A stretch of DNA of 64,000 nt from Mobula hypostoma (taxonomy: Eukaryota): the NCBI RefSeq assembly GCF_963921235.1, contig NC_086101.1:6264001-6328000 (forward strand). Reading direction: 5' to 3'. The translations under genes and the position numbers were made by a program. The notes under the pieces were generated by a model that made no database searches, was not told where the DNA came from, and saw only the letters and a list, made by a program, of their open reading frames with translations. How positions within the stretch are numbered: position 1 is the first letter of the stretch; the number at the start of each line of letters is the position of its first letter. This document shows positions 1 to 13,400 of this stretch, in pieces.

Positions 1-2880
1 AAATTCCAGCGAGTACAGACCCAGAGCTATCAAATGTTCCTCATATGATAACCCTTTCATTCACGGAGTCATCCTTGTGAACTTGCTTTGGACTCTCTCC
101 AATGGCAGCATGTCTTTTCTAAGATGAGGGGCCAAAACCTGTTCACATTATTCAAGGTGAGGCCTCACCAGTGCCTTATAAAGCCTCAGTATCACATCCC
201 TGCTCTTGTATTCTAGACCACTTCAAATGAATGCTAACATTGCATTTGCCCTCCTCTCCATCGACTCTGCCTGCAAGTGTCATAGTCCGGTCCGTGAAGT
301 CCGTATTCCGGTTCACAGTCCAGTCCATCGACCCTTGCTCCAGGTTTTCCTATCTAACCTGTTTCTGTCGTGTTGAGCTCTAATTGAGGCAGCTGATGCT
401 AGTTGGGGCTGGCTGCATAAATATCTCCAGAGACCAGGATTGTTCTTGTCCTTACTCCTTGGATCCCTTCCTCTGCCTTCTGTTTCCTCACCTGAAGCCC
501 TGCCTTCTCTTGCCAGTAACTCTCACCTCGTCTGAAGGTCTGTCTCACCTTGCTTTGCCAGTAGCCTTGCCTTGTCTTGCTGTCTGGTTCTGGAGCCACC
601 CTGTACCTCGCTCCTTTCCTGTCCCTCGCCTCCGCCCAGGTAAGCCAGGCCGTCTTGTCATTACCTGCGGTTGGTTCTGTCCCTCCCTGTCCCTTGCCTC
701 TGTCGGGTGGTGACCCGTGCCCTGCCCAGGTGGAGCCCAGCCTCGCCTCAGGTCTCGGGCCTCGTGCTTCCAGCCTGAAGACTCCAGCCTCGTCCTGCCT
801 GCCTGCCAAGCCTCGTCCTTGCCTAGTTCTGGGGTCCGAGCCAGAGGCAAGACCCAGGTACTGGGTCCTTGTCCAGTCTGTGGCTCGGAGTCCAAGCCCG
901 GGCTCCTAGCTCTCTTGTTCAGTCCTGTTCCAGGTTCCTGATTTTCCTGTCCATGTCCTTGCCATCGCCCTGTATCCTAGTCCTGTTCCTAGTACTTCAG
1001 TGTCTGTGTCTTGAACTTGAGTCCGTTCCCAGCCACCACCTTATGACAGCAAGTTAATCTTTAGGGTGTTCTACACAAGGACTCCCATCTCAGATACAAG
1101 ACTTGCATCTCATATTCTTGGATTTTCTCCCCGTTTAGAAAATAGTCTGCACATTTATTTCTACTACCAAAATGTATGACCGTGCATTTCCCACCATTGT
1201 ATTTCATTTGCCACTCTCTTCCCCATTCTCCTAATCTGTCCAAGTCCTTCTGCAGCCTGTCCTCAACACTACCTGCCCCTCCACTGGTCTTGAAATAAGT
1301 AATGAACTCACCTGCTTACCTTGCCTCCGCCTGTTCTCACTGAAGCCCTGTCGAGCCAACGCCTTTCCACTCTGACTCAAGACTACTCCGATGACGACCG
1401 TTCCGGTGATGAACACTCTGCTGGGCGGGACCTCTCTTTTATAGAGACTGGGATTCTAAAGCTCTTCGCCGGACGGCTTCTGTTGTGTCTGCTCAATACT
1501 AACATCAAATAATATTCAGAACTGAAGTTCACGAAGGTACGTTCACAGCCACGAAGCCAGTCACAGCTCTTCCAGCAGCCTGTTACTGGCAGGCCACAGT
1601 CTCAATTCAGCATAATCACAAGTTCACCTTGCAGAGCACTGAGCTGAACAATGGCCCGTCCCTCACCTCTGGCCCGGACACATTGACCAGAAGACCATAA
1701 AATACAGGAGAAGAATTAGGCCATTTGGCCCATTGAGTCTGTTCCACCATTTCATCATGCACGATCCATTTTCCTCTCAGCTCCAATCTCTTCCCTTTAT
1801 GTGCTGACTAATCAAGAATCTATCAACCTCTGCCTTAAATATACATAAAGATTTTGCCTCCACAGCTGCCTGTGGCAACAAATTCCGAGATTAACCACTC
1901 ATTGCCTAAAGAAATTCCCCCTCGTCTCCATTCAAAATGGACGTCCCTCTATTCTGAGTCTGACTCCTCTTGTCTTTGACTGCCTCACCATCCACTCTAC
2001 CAAGGCCTTTTAACATTCGGAAGGTTTCGAGGAGATCCCACCTCACCCCCTCACCACATTCTCTCAATTCCAATGAATACAGATCCAGAGTCATCAAACG
2101 CTCCTCATTTCATAAGCCTTTCAATTCCAGAATAGTTTTCCAGAACCTCCTTTGAAATGTCTCCAACGTGAGCACATCCTCTCATACCAGAGGGCATGCA
2201 TTGAAGGTGAGAGGAGGTAGGTTCCAGGGGGATGTTTGGGGTGAGTTTTTTTTTTAACTCAGAGAGTCATAGATGCCTGGGATGTGCTGCCTACCATGGT
2301 GGTAGAAGCCAACACACCAGAGGCTTTTTAGAGACGTTTGGATAGGCACATGGATGTAAGGAAGATCGGAGGATATGGACATGGTTGGAGGGATAAGTGT
2401 TTGTGTGTTTTTGATTTCCTTTTCAGCTGGTTCACACAACATTGTAGGCCAAATGACCAGTCCCTCTGTTGTACTGTTCTGTATTCTCCCCTTTCTTAGA
2501 TAAGGGACCAAAAACTGCTGCGAATACTCCGTGAGGCCTCACTGGTGTGTTATATAGCCTCAACGTTACATCCTTTTATATTCTAGTCTTCTTGAAACGA
2601 ATGCTAACATTCCATTATCCTTCATCACCCCCGACTCGAATTGCAAATTAACCTTCAGGGAATACTGCACAAGTGCCCGTGCACTTTAGAGTTTTGAATT
2701 TTCTCTCCATTTAGAAAATAGTCTATGTTTTAACTTCTTCTGCCAAAATGCATGATGAGACACTCCAACACTTTATTCCATCTGCCACTTATTTGCCGAT
2801 TCTCCTAATCTGCCTAAGTTATTCTGTAGCTCCCCTTCTTCCTCAGAACTACAACCCCTCCACCTATCTTCGTATCGTAC
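1..2880 (-). mobile_element. Mosaic of decayed CR1 LINE fragments (mostly minus strand; a plus-strand 3' end at ~2190-2490)
   Basis: Translations MDRLGEWGREWQMKYNGGKC and LYSLELR..DLLETFRMLKG match the CR1 ORF2 C-terminus seen elsewhere in the window. Confidence 0.8.
278..1048. mobile_element. Solo LTR (family 1), 771 bp, inserted in a CR1
   Basis: TGTCATA...TATGACA termini with a 5-bp TSD gcaag (273-277 / 1049-1053). The CR1 sequence resumes across it. Confidence 0.85.
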
Positions 2881-2902
2881 GCAGACTGGGCCACGAGTCC
2901 GT

Positions 2903-3165
2903 CATGGCACAGTTGTGTATTGGTTGGCACAGCACTTTACAGTGCCAGTTACCCCGATTCATTTCCCGCTGCTGGCTGCAAGGTGTTTCTAGGTTCTCCC
3001 CATGACCACGTGGGTTTCCTCCAGGTTCTCTGGTTCCCTCCCACAGTCTAAAAACGTACTGGTTGTAAGTTAATTGCTCACTGTACATTGTCCTGTAATT
3101 AGGCTTGGGATGAAATCGGGCGATTGCTGGCAGTGTGACTCGAAGGACCAGTTCCAGGCTGTATC
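2903..3165 (+). mobile_element. V-SINE (HE1-like) tRNA-derived SINE; paralog at ~60858-61115
   Basis: V-domain core gttctccccatgaccacgtgggtttcctccaggttctctggttccctcccacagtc. Confidence 0.7.
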
Positions 3166-3838
3166 TCATAAAGCTTCTCACTCAGGAGTCAGGAGAAAGG
3201 ATAATGCTCCTCTGGGAATTTATTCCAATGAGGGTGTCTTAAGGTTGCGATGGCAGAGAGATTGGATTCAGAGTAGGAGTTCACATCGAACACGTCACCA
3301 TCCCCCTCGGTGACCCAGAATCAGAATTGGAATGAGGTTTCATATCACTGGCAGATGTCATGAAATTTGTTGTTTTGTTGCAGCAGTACTTTGCAATTCG
3401 TAGTAAAATAAATTATTAAAATACTAATAATAAAATAAAATACTAAGTATGGGTTCATTGTTCATTCAGAATTCTGATAGCAGAGGAGAAGAAGCTGTTT
3501 CTGAAATGTTGAGTGTGCCTCAGGCTCCTGTCTCCTTGATGGTAGCAATGAGAGAAGGACACGTCCTGGGTGATGGATTCCTTAATTATGGATGTCACCT
3601 TTTTGAGATGTTGCCTTTGGAAGGTGTTTTGGACACTGGGCAGACTAGTGCCACGATGGAGCTGGCTGAGTTGACAGCTTTCTGCAGATTTTTTCCGATC
3701 CTGCTCCCCCCAAACCAGACAGTGATGCAGCCAGTGAGAATACTCTCCACATTACATCTGTAGAAATTTGCCAGCGTCTTTGGTGACATACGAAGTCTCT
3801 TCAGATTCCTAATGAAATCTGGCCACTGTCATGCCTTC

Positions 3839-4326
3839 TGTCAGGACGCTGGAGCAGGTACCCAGTCGCTGACCCAGTACTGTGCACATTGTGATATTAA
3901 TTGAGTAACAAATCCCGAAGTGCAAACAAAGTTGGAGTCAAAGTTCAGGCAGAGATCAAAACATCCAGAGAAATCCAAAACTCAGAATCGGGAAACAGGC
4001 AGAGTCGATATTCAGATGGACAGAACACAGATACAAATGCTGGAAAGGCTCAGGAAAATTTACTGGCACAATCTGGCAACAAACAGGTGATAATACAGGA
4101 CTGAAATACACTGAGCAATAAACAGAGAGGCAGATGATAGGTGGAGCACAATGAGACACGGGTGGCAGCAATACAGGTAATAATGAGAAACAGATAAAAG
4201 AGGCAGCACTCAGTGATACAGGGGCCGGAGTAGAGCAGGAGCAGGGACAGGAGCACATGCAAAATACAAAACTGACAGCTAGGGGGAAACACACAAAAAG
4301 ACAGAGTTCAACTGGAGGTACTGACA
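3839..4326. mobile_element. Solo LTR (family 2), 488 bp, inserted in a Rex1/Babar fragment
   Basis: TGTCAGGAC...GTACTGACA termini with a 5-bp TSD ccttc (3834-3838 / 4327-4331). Confidence 0.85.
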
Positions 4327-5602
4327 CCTTCTTTGTAAATGCATCAATATTATACATCCACTGAGATACTGACATCCAGGAACTTGAACTGGTGTTCAGC
4401 AGCTGGTGTCAGTTTGACCCATCTCATCGGCTATACTTCATTTGGAGATTGAGGAGATTTGGTATGACACCAAAGACAACATTAAATTTCCATAGATGCA
4501 CCAAGGAGAGCATTCTAACTGGCTGCATCACCATCTGCTCTGGGGGTGGGACACTGCATAGCACCAAAATAAGCTGCAGAAAGTTGTAAACTTACCAGCT
4601 TCATCACGGGCATTCGGCTCCCCAGCATCCAGGACCCTCAAGAAACGCTGCCTGAAAAAGGGGGACATCCATCACTCACGACCCCCATCACCCAGGACAT
4701 GCCCACTTCTCCTTGGTACCATCAGGGTTGAGGTACAGGAGCCTGGAGACACACACTCAACAATTCAAGAATTGCTTCTTCCTCTCTGTCATCAGATTTC
4801 TGAATGGGTATCAAACCCAATAACACTACCTCACTACTATCTTTTTCTCAATACTTATTGAATTTAACTTTATATATTTATATACTTCTCACCGTAATTC
4901 AGATTTTATCATGTACTGCAATGTTGAGTGCATATCAACAAATTTCACGTACATAAGCAGGTGGTATCAAACCTGATTTTCATCCAATTTATTGCCTCAT
5001 CCTGAATGCAAAACAATCCAGCCTTTTTGACCAACCTCCAATTCGAGACCTTGCAAAAGTTCATGGAGACAACATTCACTGCCTTGCCTTCATTAATTTT
5101 CTTTGGAAACTTCCTAAAAAAATCTACAAGATTGATTAGATATGATTTACCATGCACAAAGCTATGCTAACTATCCCTAATCAGTCCCTGTCTTCCAAAC
5201 TTCCAAACTTTCTCACTACTGAGGTCAGACTCACCGGCCTATATTTTCCTCATTTATTTTCAGAGTATTCCTAAATAACAGAACAGCATTTGCTATCTCC
5301 ATAACAGGTCTGTGGTGGAAGCAATCTCATTGTCTCTCCATGCGATATGAATCACCTGGACAATACAAATACTTATGTCAGGATGCTGGTTATTGACCAC
5401 AGCTCCACGTTTCACACCATCATTCCTACAGTTCTGATCAAAAAGATCCAGAAACTGGGCCTCTTCTCTCCCTCTGCAATTGAATCTCAACTCCCAAACT
5501 GGAAGACCACAATCTGTGTGGAATGGAAACAACGTCTCCACCTCACTGACAATCAACACTGGTGCACCTCAGGGATGTGTGCTTTGCCCTCTGTTCTACA
5601 GA

Positions 5603-5850
5603 CTCTACAGCCCCTGACAATGGCTACTCTCTCTACAGCCCCTGACAATGGCTACTCTCTCTACAGCCCCTGACAATGGCTACTCTCTCTACAGCCCCTG
5701 ACAATGGCTACTCTCTCTACAGCCCCTGACAATGGCTACTCTCTCTACAGCCCCTGACAATGGCTACTCTCTCTACAGCCCCTGACAATGGCTACTCTCT
5801 CTACAGCCCCTGACAATGGCTACTCTCTCTACAGCCCCTGACAATGGCTA
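5603..5850 (+). repeat. 28-bp minisatellite, ~9 near-identical copies (ctctctacagcccctgacaatggctact)
   Basis: ctacag recurs at 5605, 5633, 5661 ... 5829. Confidence 0.95.
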
Positions 5851-6855
5851 GGCAAGGCTCAAATGCCATCTATAAATTTGCAGCTAATACGATTGTTGGC
5901 AGAATTTCAGACGGTGATGACAGGGCGTACAGGAGTGAGATATACCAGCTCATTGAGTGGTGATGCAGCGACAACCTTGCACTCAACATCAGTAAAACCA
6001 AAGAACCGATTGTGATCTTCAGAAAGGGTAAGACGAGGGAAGACACACCAGTCCTCATAGAGGGATCAGAAGTGGAGACAGTGAGCAATTACAAGTTCCT
6101 GTTTGTCAATATCTCTGAGGATCAGCCTGGACCCAATGTATCGATGCAGCTACGAAGAAGGCACTGTAGTGGTTATATTTCATTAGGAGTTTGAGAAGAG
6201 TTGGTATGTCACCAAACACACTTGAAAATTTATGCGGTGAATTGTGGAGAGCATTCACACTGGCTGCATCACTGGCTGCTATGCTGGGGTGGGGGCTACT
6301 GAACAAGATCAAAGTAAGCTGCAGAGGGTTATAAACTCCATCACCCAGGTCATGCCTTGTTCTCATTGTTACCAAGGGACAGAAACTCAACAATTAAGCA
6401 ACAGCTTCTTCCCCTCAGCCAAACGATTTCTGAATGAACATTGAATCCATGAACACTAGCTCACTACTTTTTATTTCTATTTTTGCTCTAATTATTTAAT
6501 TTCACTATTTAATATATATCCTTACCAGAATTAGGTTTTTTCTCCATCATTACGCATTCCATCGCTCTGCTGGCGCAGAGTCAACAAATGTCACGACTTC
6601 TGCTGGTTATATTAAACCTCATTCTGATCCACATTCAACATGTCCCACCTCCCTGAGGTTCAGCTTGACTTCCTCCCTCCAGTCAGCACCCCCGCCACTT
6701 GTCCCGATTCTCCCGGCTCAGTGCCGGTGGACTGCAGGAGCCGGGGAGCTCAGGACCCGCCACCCGCGGCTGCTGCTGAATCCGCGGTGTTTCTGTCCCG
6801 TTGACCGATGCGGTGAACGAGTTAAAATAAGTGGATCGATAATTCTCACATCGTG

Positions 6856-6861
6856 TTTATT
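6856..6861 (-). promoter_or_regulatory. Probable polyadenylation signal (AATAAA) of the TRIM gene
   Basis: tttatt on the + strand, about 65 nt past the stop codon. Confidence 0.6.
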
Positions 6862-6925
6862 TCACTCTCCGCACATTTATATTTACACTGACTTACTCCT
6901 GACGCCGGTCCCGGACCCGACCCGT

Positions 6926-7458
6926 TTACAGACCCGCAGCGGAACCGGAGCAGATTCTCAGCCACTGGTTTCCATCCCAAGTCCAGAAGAAAGGATAAAG
7001 TTTCCCCGTGAATTTATTCCCAGTGAAGGTGTGGAGATGGGACTTGGTCTCCGCGTTGTAAAATGAAACTGTCCCGGACTGGTAACTGAGATAAACTCCC
7101 ACCCTCCCGGGGATGGGACCGGCAGGGAGACGGGACTCAGGGGAGGTGAGAACCTTCATCTCGTCACCATCCCGCCCGATGGTCCAGAATCCGGTCTCCG
7201 GACTCCGTGTGACCGATCCCTTCCTCTTCACAGACTCTGCGGCGACTCCCAGACACCAGCACCGATTCCCCGTCACCTCCACCTCCCAGTAATGTCTCCC
7301 CGATGTGAACCCCTCCGATCCCAGCACACAACCCCAGACTGTGAACCTCTTCCCGGTGTCAGGGAGAATCCTCCGGGTCCGGGTCCGTCTCACACTCTTC
7401 CGATCCTCAGACACCTCGAGCAGCGGATTCGCCGTTTCCACATCCAGGGTGACAGAGA
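6926..7458 (-). CDS. TRIM exon 6: B30.2 (PRY-SPRY) domain, terminal exon
   Basis: ctccccccag|TCTCTGTCACCCTGGAT; encodes VSVTLDVETANP..RFT..CVLGSEGFTSGRHYWEVEV..RVGVYLSY..GTVSFYN..LYPFF; stop TAA at 6928-6926. Confidence 0.95.
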
Positions 7459-10400
7459 CTGGGGGGAGAAGCAGAGAATTAGAGAGTCCCCGGGGATCGG
7501 GGGACCCCCGGGCAGCGCGGCCCCGGGACCGGACCGGGGGAGAGGCCGCTGGGCCTCAGGCTCAGTCGGGTGGCCAACAGGACCCTTTCCCGGGGTTTTA
7601 AACAAACTACAGCGGATGGACAACCAGCAGCTTCCCGAGGTTTTTCCTCTGGGATAAAGAGCTGAGTTTTCCCGATCAGCATAGGCAAAATTCTGCAGGA
7701 ACTTAACGGATCAACGTGTGTGGCGGGAAGTGGCCAGGCCACGTTTCAAGTCCAGATCTTTCATGAAGAATGAAGGGAACGAGGGGAGATGACCAGTAAA
7801 AACCGGTGTGGGTAGGTGCTGGGACAACAACTGGATCCAGATGGGGATGGGGCGAGTGAATACAGGAGGGGTTTAAACAGGAGGTCAGAGAGCCTGTTCG
7901 GCCCAACACGTTTGTGCCAACCAACTTGCTTTAATGACATAGTCCTATTTGCTTGGCATCATACCGGTTTGTGCGAGGTCATTACAACTTGCATCCACTC
8001 TTGGAGTTTGGAGTTAAATTCTGGTGCTGTCTGGAAGGAGTTTTCTACATCCCCCACCCCCATGACTGCGTGGGTTTCCCCCAGATGCTCTGGTTTCCTC
8101 CAAAGGTGTACCAGTTACTAGGTTAATTGATTATTGTAAATTTTCTTGTGATTAGGCTAATGATAAATACTTGAGTTGCTCTACCCACCTCTGCAGCTTC
8201 TTCTGGCAACCTCTTCAGTTCCAGAGAGAAAGTCCCAGCCTGTCCAGCCTCTCCTTATAACCCAAGCTCTCCAGCCTCCGTAACATCCTTGTAAATCTGT
8301 ATACACCCTCTCCAGGTGAGTTACATCCCTCTTATAGCAAGGTGACCAGAACTGTACACACTGCTCCAAATGTGGCCGGACCAACGTCTTGTACACACGG
8401 AACAGGAAGTCCCAGCTCCTGTACTCAGTATTCTGACTGATAAAGGCAAGCACTCTAAACTGTGTCATGGTTTTGAAGGAACGATGTACCTGTGCCACTT
8501 GGTCTCTCCGTTGGACAACATTCTCCAGAGTGGTACAATTGCTGTGTAAGTCCTGTCCTGGTTTGTTTCCCAAAGTACAACACCCCACATTTCCCTGAAT
8601 TAAACCCCACCTGCCATTCCTCGACCCACTGGCCCAGTTGATCAATGGCCCATTGTAAACATAGATAACCCTCTTCACTGCCCACTGTACCACGAATCTT
8701 AGTGTCAATCATAAACCTACTAACTATGTCACCTGCATTCTCATCCAAATTATTAAAATGAATAACAAACAACTGCAGACCCAGCAGCAACGCCTGCAGG
8801 TCACAGGCCTCCAGCCCTCCAGCCCACCAGCCCACCGGGTTTAAGATTCACTTGGACGGACATTTCAATGGACAAGGCACAGAAGGAGTGTCACCTAATA
8901 TCAGCCAGTGGGATGAGTGTAGATGGGTAAATAGGTCAGCACACAGGTGATGGGTTGAAAGGTCCATTTCTGTGATGTAAGACGATGATCCTGTGACTTT
9001 CAATCAACTGAATGACTGAGACCACACAGTTCTCTGGTGCAGAGAATTCCAAAGATACACCATCCGCTCGAGGGTATAACCACCCTGAGGTAGTCAGCTC
9101 TGACCCTCGACTGCTTGACAGCGGAAACATCCTCCCTGTGTTCCCTGAGATCTCCTCTCATTACTTTAAACAGAGAACGGAGAACATAGAACAGTACAGC
9201 ACAGGAACAGGTCCTTCATTCAAAGTGACAGTGACTGATCGGTCCCGGCATCAATTCCTCTTCTATGTCAGATATCCAAAACCTCCATCCCCCGATCGTT
9301 CAAAAATTTCTTTCCCTCCACCTTAACTATATGCAATAATCAGGCCTCACACAAACTGCTGGAGGAAGTCAATGGGTCGAGCAGTATCTGTCGGGGAGAG
9401 GGACTGTCGACGTTTCATGTCAAAACCGTACATCAGGACTGAGAGTGGAGAGGGGAGATGGCCGGTATACAGAGGACAAGGGGAGTGATGAGGCAGGAGT
9501 GACTGTGGACTGAGGAGTGGTGATAAATGGTGGGCAGGTTACCCCAGGTTGGGGAGGGGTGGGGTAGTCTGGTCTCCAGTTGGGGGACACCAGGAGATGA
9601 ATGACAGATGGAGATTGACAGAGAAACAAATGAGAGGACGATGGAGCGAGGTTGCAGGATTGGGTGATGGAGAGCGTGAGAAAGTGGAAAACAGGAAACC
9701 AAAGGCTGCCTTGTTTTGTAATCTTCTCAGTAACGGAGGTGATAATGGGAACCATTCGGGGAGAGACGAATGGCAGATGGAACCAGAACCGGATGGGAGA
9801 GGGCTGGAAAGCCTGTGAGTGAACAGTGTTTCTGGCCAGGAGGAACTACAGGCTACAAATGAGTGAATTTGAATGAATCAAGGACAGTGGAAGCAGACAG
9901 ACCAAGTGTCTTTGCTCTTGCCATGAGGTGGAAGGAGACAGAGGCTGCCATTTTATGAACAATCTGTCCTCCATTTTGAGAACTTAAGTTGCTTGTCTTC
10001 ATAAATGTTTTAAAGCAGAAACAATGCATCGGGTCATCTGCTGGGCTAAGGCTCATTTCCGAAAAAGAAGTTATTTCTGATATGCTCTTTGGTTGGAGGT
10101 TTGTGACTGCTGGGGCCTGTATCTGTTCTGCATGATTCGTGATGGTTACTGAAGAGAACAATAGAGCCATAAATTACCAGTTGTCATTTACTGGCGAGAG
10201 GGCAAAGAATGAATGCTAAACACAAAATAATCTGCAGATGCTAGGGCCAAAGCAACACTCACAACAAGCTGGAGGAACTCAGCAGGTCGGGCAGCATCCT
10301 GACGGAGGGTTCTGGCCCAAAACATTGACCAATCTTTTCCACGGATGCTGCCCGACCCGCTGAGTTCCTCCAGCTTGTTGTGAAAGAATGAATGCTGGTT

Positions 10401-13400
10401 GGAGTAGAACCAAAATGAATGTGTTAAAGGTCAGTCACATGACCCACAGCCAATAACACTGAAATGCAACATTTGAATTGGGTAAGCAGTGAATACAAAA
10501 GCAGACGATTCGAGTGTGCTGGCTGCATTGACTCTCTGAGAGTCACCATTGTGGATTTGAAATGCCCCACCGATGTTGAGATTCAAAACGGGACTATGAG
10601 GAACACAGGGCCAGCAGAGACTCTTTTTTACTGGGATTACCTTTTCTATTCTGTGACTGTTCATGGAGGATCTGGAAAACTCAGCAGGTGAGCACACAGG
10701 TAATCGGTTGTGTGCATTCACGTGTGCTTTCGTGGAGACAATAAAGGTACTTGTTGCGAATTACAGATTCTTTCTGTGCCTCCCTGATCATTATTACTAA
10801 GGGGAAGATCCATGTAGCAGTGTGAATAGATGGAACTACAAGGTGGAGGGGATGAAAATGGGCGACGAGGATCTCTTTGTTTTCTTGCCTACGATCCCAC
10901 CCCCATCTCATTAGAACATGGGATAAATTTGCAGAGACCCTGGCAAACATATTTGCTTGACAATTCACCACAGGTGAGCTGCTGGAAGACTGGAGGGTGG
11001 CTCAGGTGGTGCCTTTGGTTGGGAAAGACCGGATGAGCAAGCTGGGGAACTCCAGGCCCCTGAGCCTAATATCAGTAGTGATAAAGCTTCTGAAAGACAG
11101 GATTGACAGCACTTGGAAAGGCAAGGATCGTCAGCACGGCATTGTGCATGAAAAAAAAATCATGGCTCGGGGGAGGACTTCCGGGTCACCAAGAGGATGG
11201 CATCATAGGAAAAGGTCTGTTGACAAAAAGGAATGTAAACTGCCCCAAACTCGAAATTAGACAAATATTTAGTATTGTATCACTTTTTCAATGAAAAGGG
11301 CAAGGATGGAGTCTGAGTACAAGAACAAAAAGTCCGCTCAGAAGGCTGATTAATATAAAAAGACGCAGCAAGAAGAGGGGCCTAGCTCCCCCACAGCTAG
11401 CCAGGACAGAGATAATGTGGAAGAATCGGTGAAACTGACTTTGATTCTTGGAGAGATTTTCGTAATTGCCGACCGGGTATCAACAAACAGCTGGAAGACA
11501 TTAAAGGAGAAATAGGAAAAACTGATCTGAGGTTAGATGAAGCCGAAGCGAGGATTGTAGGGACTGAGAAGAGGCTGCAAAACGCAGAGGAAGTGACAGG
11601 AGAAATGCTAAAGCTACAAGAGCAGCTCCAGTGGAAGCTAACAGACCAAGAAGGCAAAATGTGAGGATCCATGGAGTTCCTGAAGGAGCTGAAGGTAAAC
11701 CTGGATTGGTAATTCCCTTCGTGGAGAATCTGCTTAGACAGAACCTTGAAATACCAGACGCAAAAGACCGACAGATAGAAAGGGCCCACCACGCATTAGC
11801 ACCACAGCCCCCGGCAGATGCCCAGCCCAGATCAATTCTAGTCAGATTTCTCAGTTACAGAACGAGGAAGAAATGCTTAAACTGGAATCGGAAAAGAAAG
11901 GCCTTATGTGGAACAACTGTAAAATCAGTTTGGACCACGATTACGCACCGGGGATCCTTGCCAGATGGAAGGAATACGCAGAAACACAGAGGGTCCTGAA
12001 GGAAAACAACATCAGATTTCGAACCCTGTATCCAGCTCGGCTACGAGTCTTTTACGATGAAGGGACAAAAACCTACGCTACAGTGGAGGAAACGCAAACA
12101 ACAGGAATTCTGCAGAAGCCGGAAATTCAAGCAACACACATCAATGTTGCTGGTGAATGCAGCAGGCCAGGCAGCATCTCTAGGAAGAGGTACAGTCGAC
12201 ATTTCAGGACAAAGGGTCTCGGCCTGAAACGTCGACTGTACCTCTCCCTAGAGATGCTGCCTGGCTTCCTGCGTTCACCAGCAACTTTGATGTGTGTTGC
12301 TACATTGGAGGAGGCAACGTTGGATCTGGCGATTCGGGGACTACCCATTAAAGTTATCACCCAGGCGGAGTCGTTACTGGAGAAGATACAGAGAGTGCAG
12401 AATAATTGAGAAATGTCTGAAAAGAGTAAATTGTACTTAAGGTAAAATGAAAACTGATAATTGAAAATAATCTAGACGGAATAACTTGAATGATAGCAAT
12501 ATGGTCAAGACATGAAAAGGAGAGGATTCTCAATGACGGTTCACACTGCGGAGGGCCCTCTAACACAGACTGGAGATAGGGGTGATCCCTCTGAACTGAA
12601 GCGGGTCAGTGTTCAGGCCTCACTGTTGGAAGTCGGGAAAATTTTTCAAATGCTCTATGTTCAAAAATGCCTAGGGTTTGGTTTTATGTTCTGGTTTATT
12701 CTTGAGGAGGGATTGCTTACTGTTCGTTTAGTAGAGTGTTTTTTTTCTAATAGAGAAAAATGCAAATTGAACTGGTAAAAATAATTTCCTATAATGTAAA
12801 TGGCATTTTGAATCCAATTAAGAGAAATAAGATTATGTCTAAATTGAAAAAAAGAGAGGGCACAAATAGCTTTCCTCCAGGAAACGCACATGAGCCAATC
12901 CGAACATGCAAAATTAAAAAGAATGGGCTTTAAGCATGTACTTTATTGATCATATAAATTGGGCCACAAAAGAAGAGTAGCTACTTTAATATCAAGTGCT
13001 CATAATTATGAACATATTTCAGAGACTAAAGACAGGGATGGGCGATTTGTAAAAATTACAGGAAGAATAGAAGGTACTGAAATAACATTGTTAAATGTTT
13101 ATGCTCCACCAGGTTGTGAATGGTCATTCTATAGACACATTTTTGACATAATGGTCAGTCCTCAAGGGCAGTAATCTGCGGAGGGGATTGTAATATTAGG
13201 TTAAACCCTGCATTTGATTCTTCAAGAACAGGTATTCAGAATAAACCTCTGACTAGGAAAGTGAATTCATTGATGGAGGAGCTGGGAATTATAGATGTGT
13301 GGAGGGAATTACATCCCACTAGTAAAGACTATACACATTATTCTTTCCCTCATTCAGCTTATTCAAGGATAGACTTTTTTTATATATATATTTAACATAG

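Larger units (their letters stand above)
1..5374 (+). repeat. Segmental duplication, copy A (direct repeat of 57893-64000)
   Basis: The same ordered mosaic of CR1, solo LTR, HE1 SINE, Rex and a second LTR, with identical insertion points. Confidence 0.95.
3318..6630. mobile_element. Several Rex1/Babar-like LINE fragments (minus ~3318-4400; plus ~4420-4980 and ~5290-6630)
   Basis: Motifs [50 protein letters not shown] and a (ATTCTG)-type tail. Confidence 0.7.

Noticed and set aside
384..1057. Multiple overlapping ORFs
   Set aside because: They lie within a pyrimidine-rich solo LTR with no recognisable domain, and frames differ in the duplicate copy.
5603..5850. 28-bp direct repeats resembling a CRISPR array
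   Set aside because: There are no spacers and no cas genes. The context is eukaryotic and the unit derives from a LINE.
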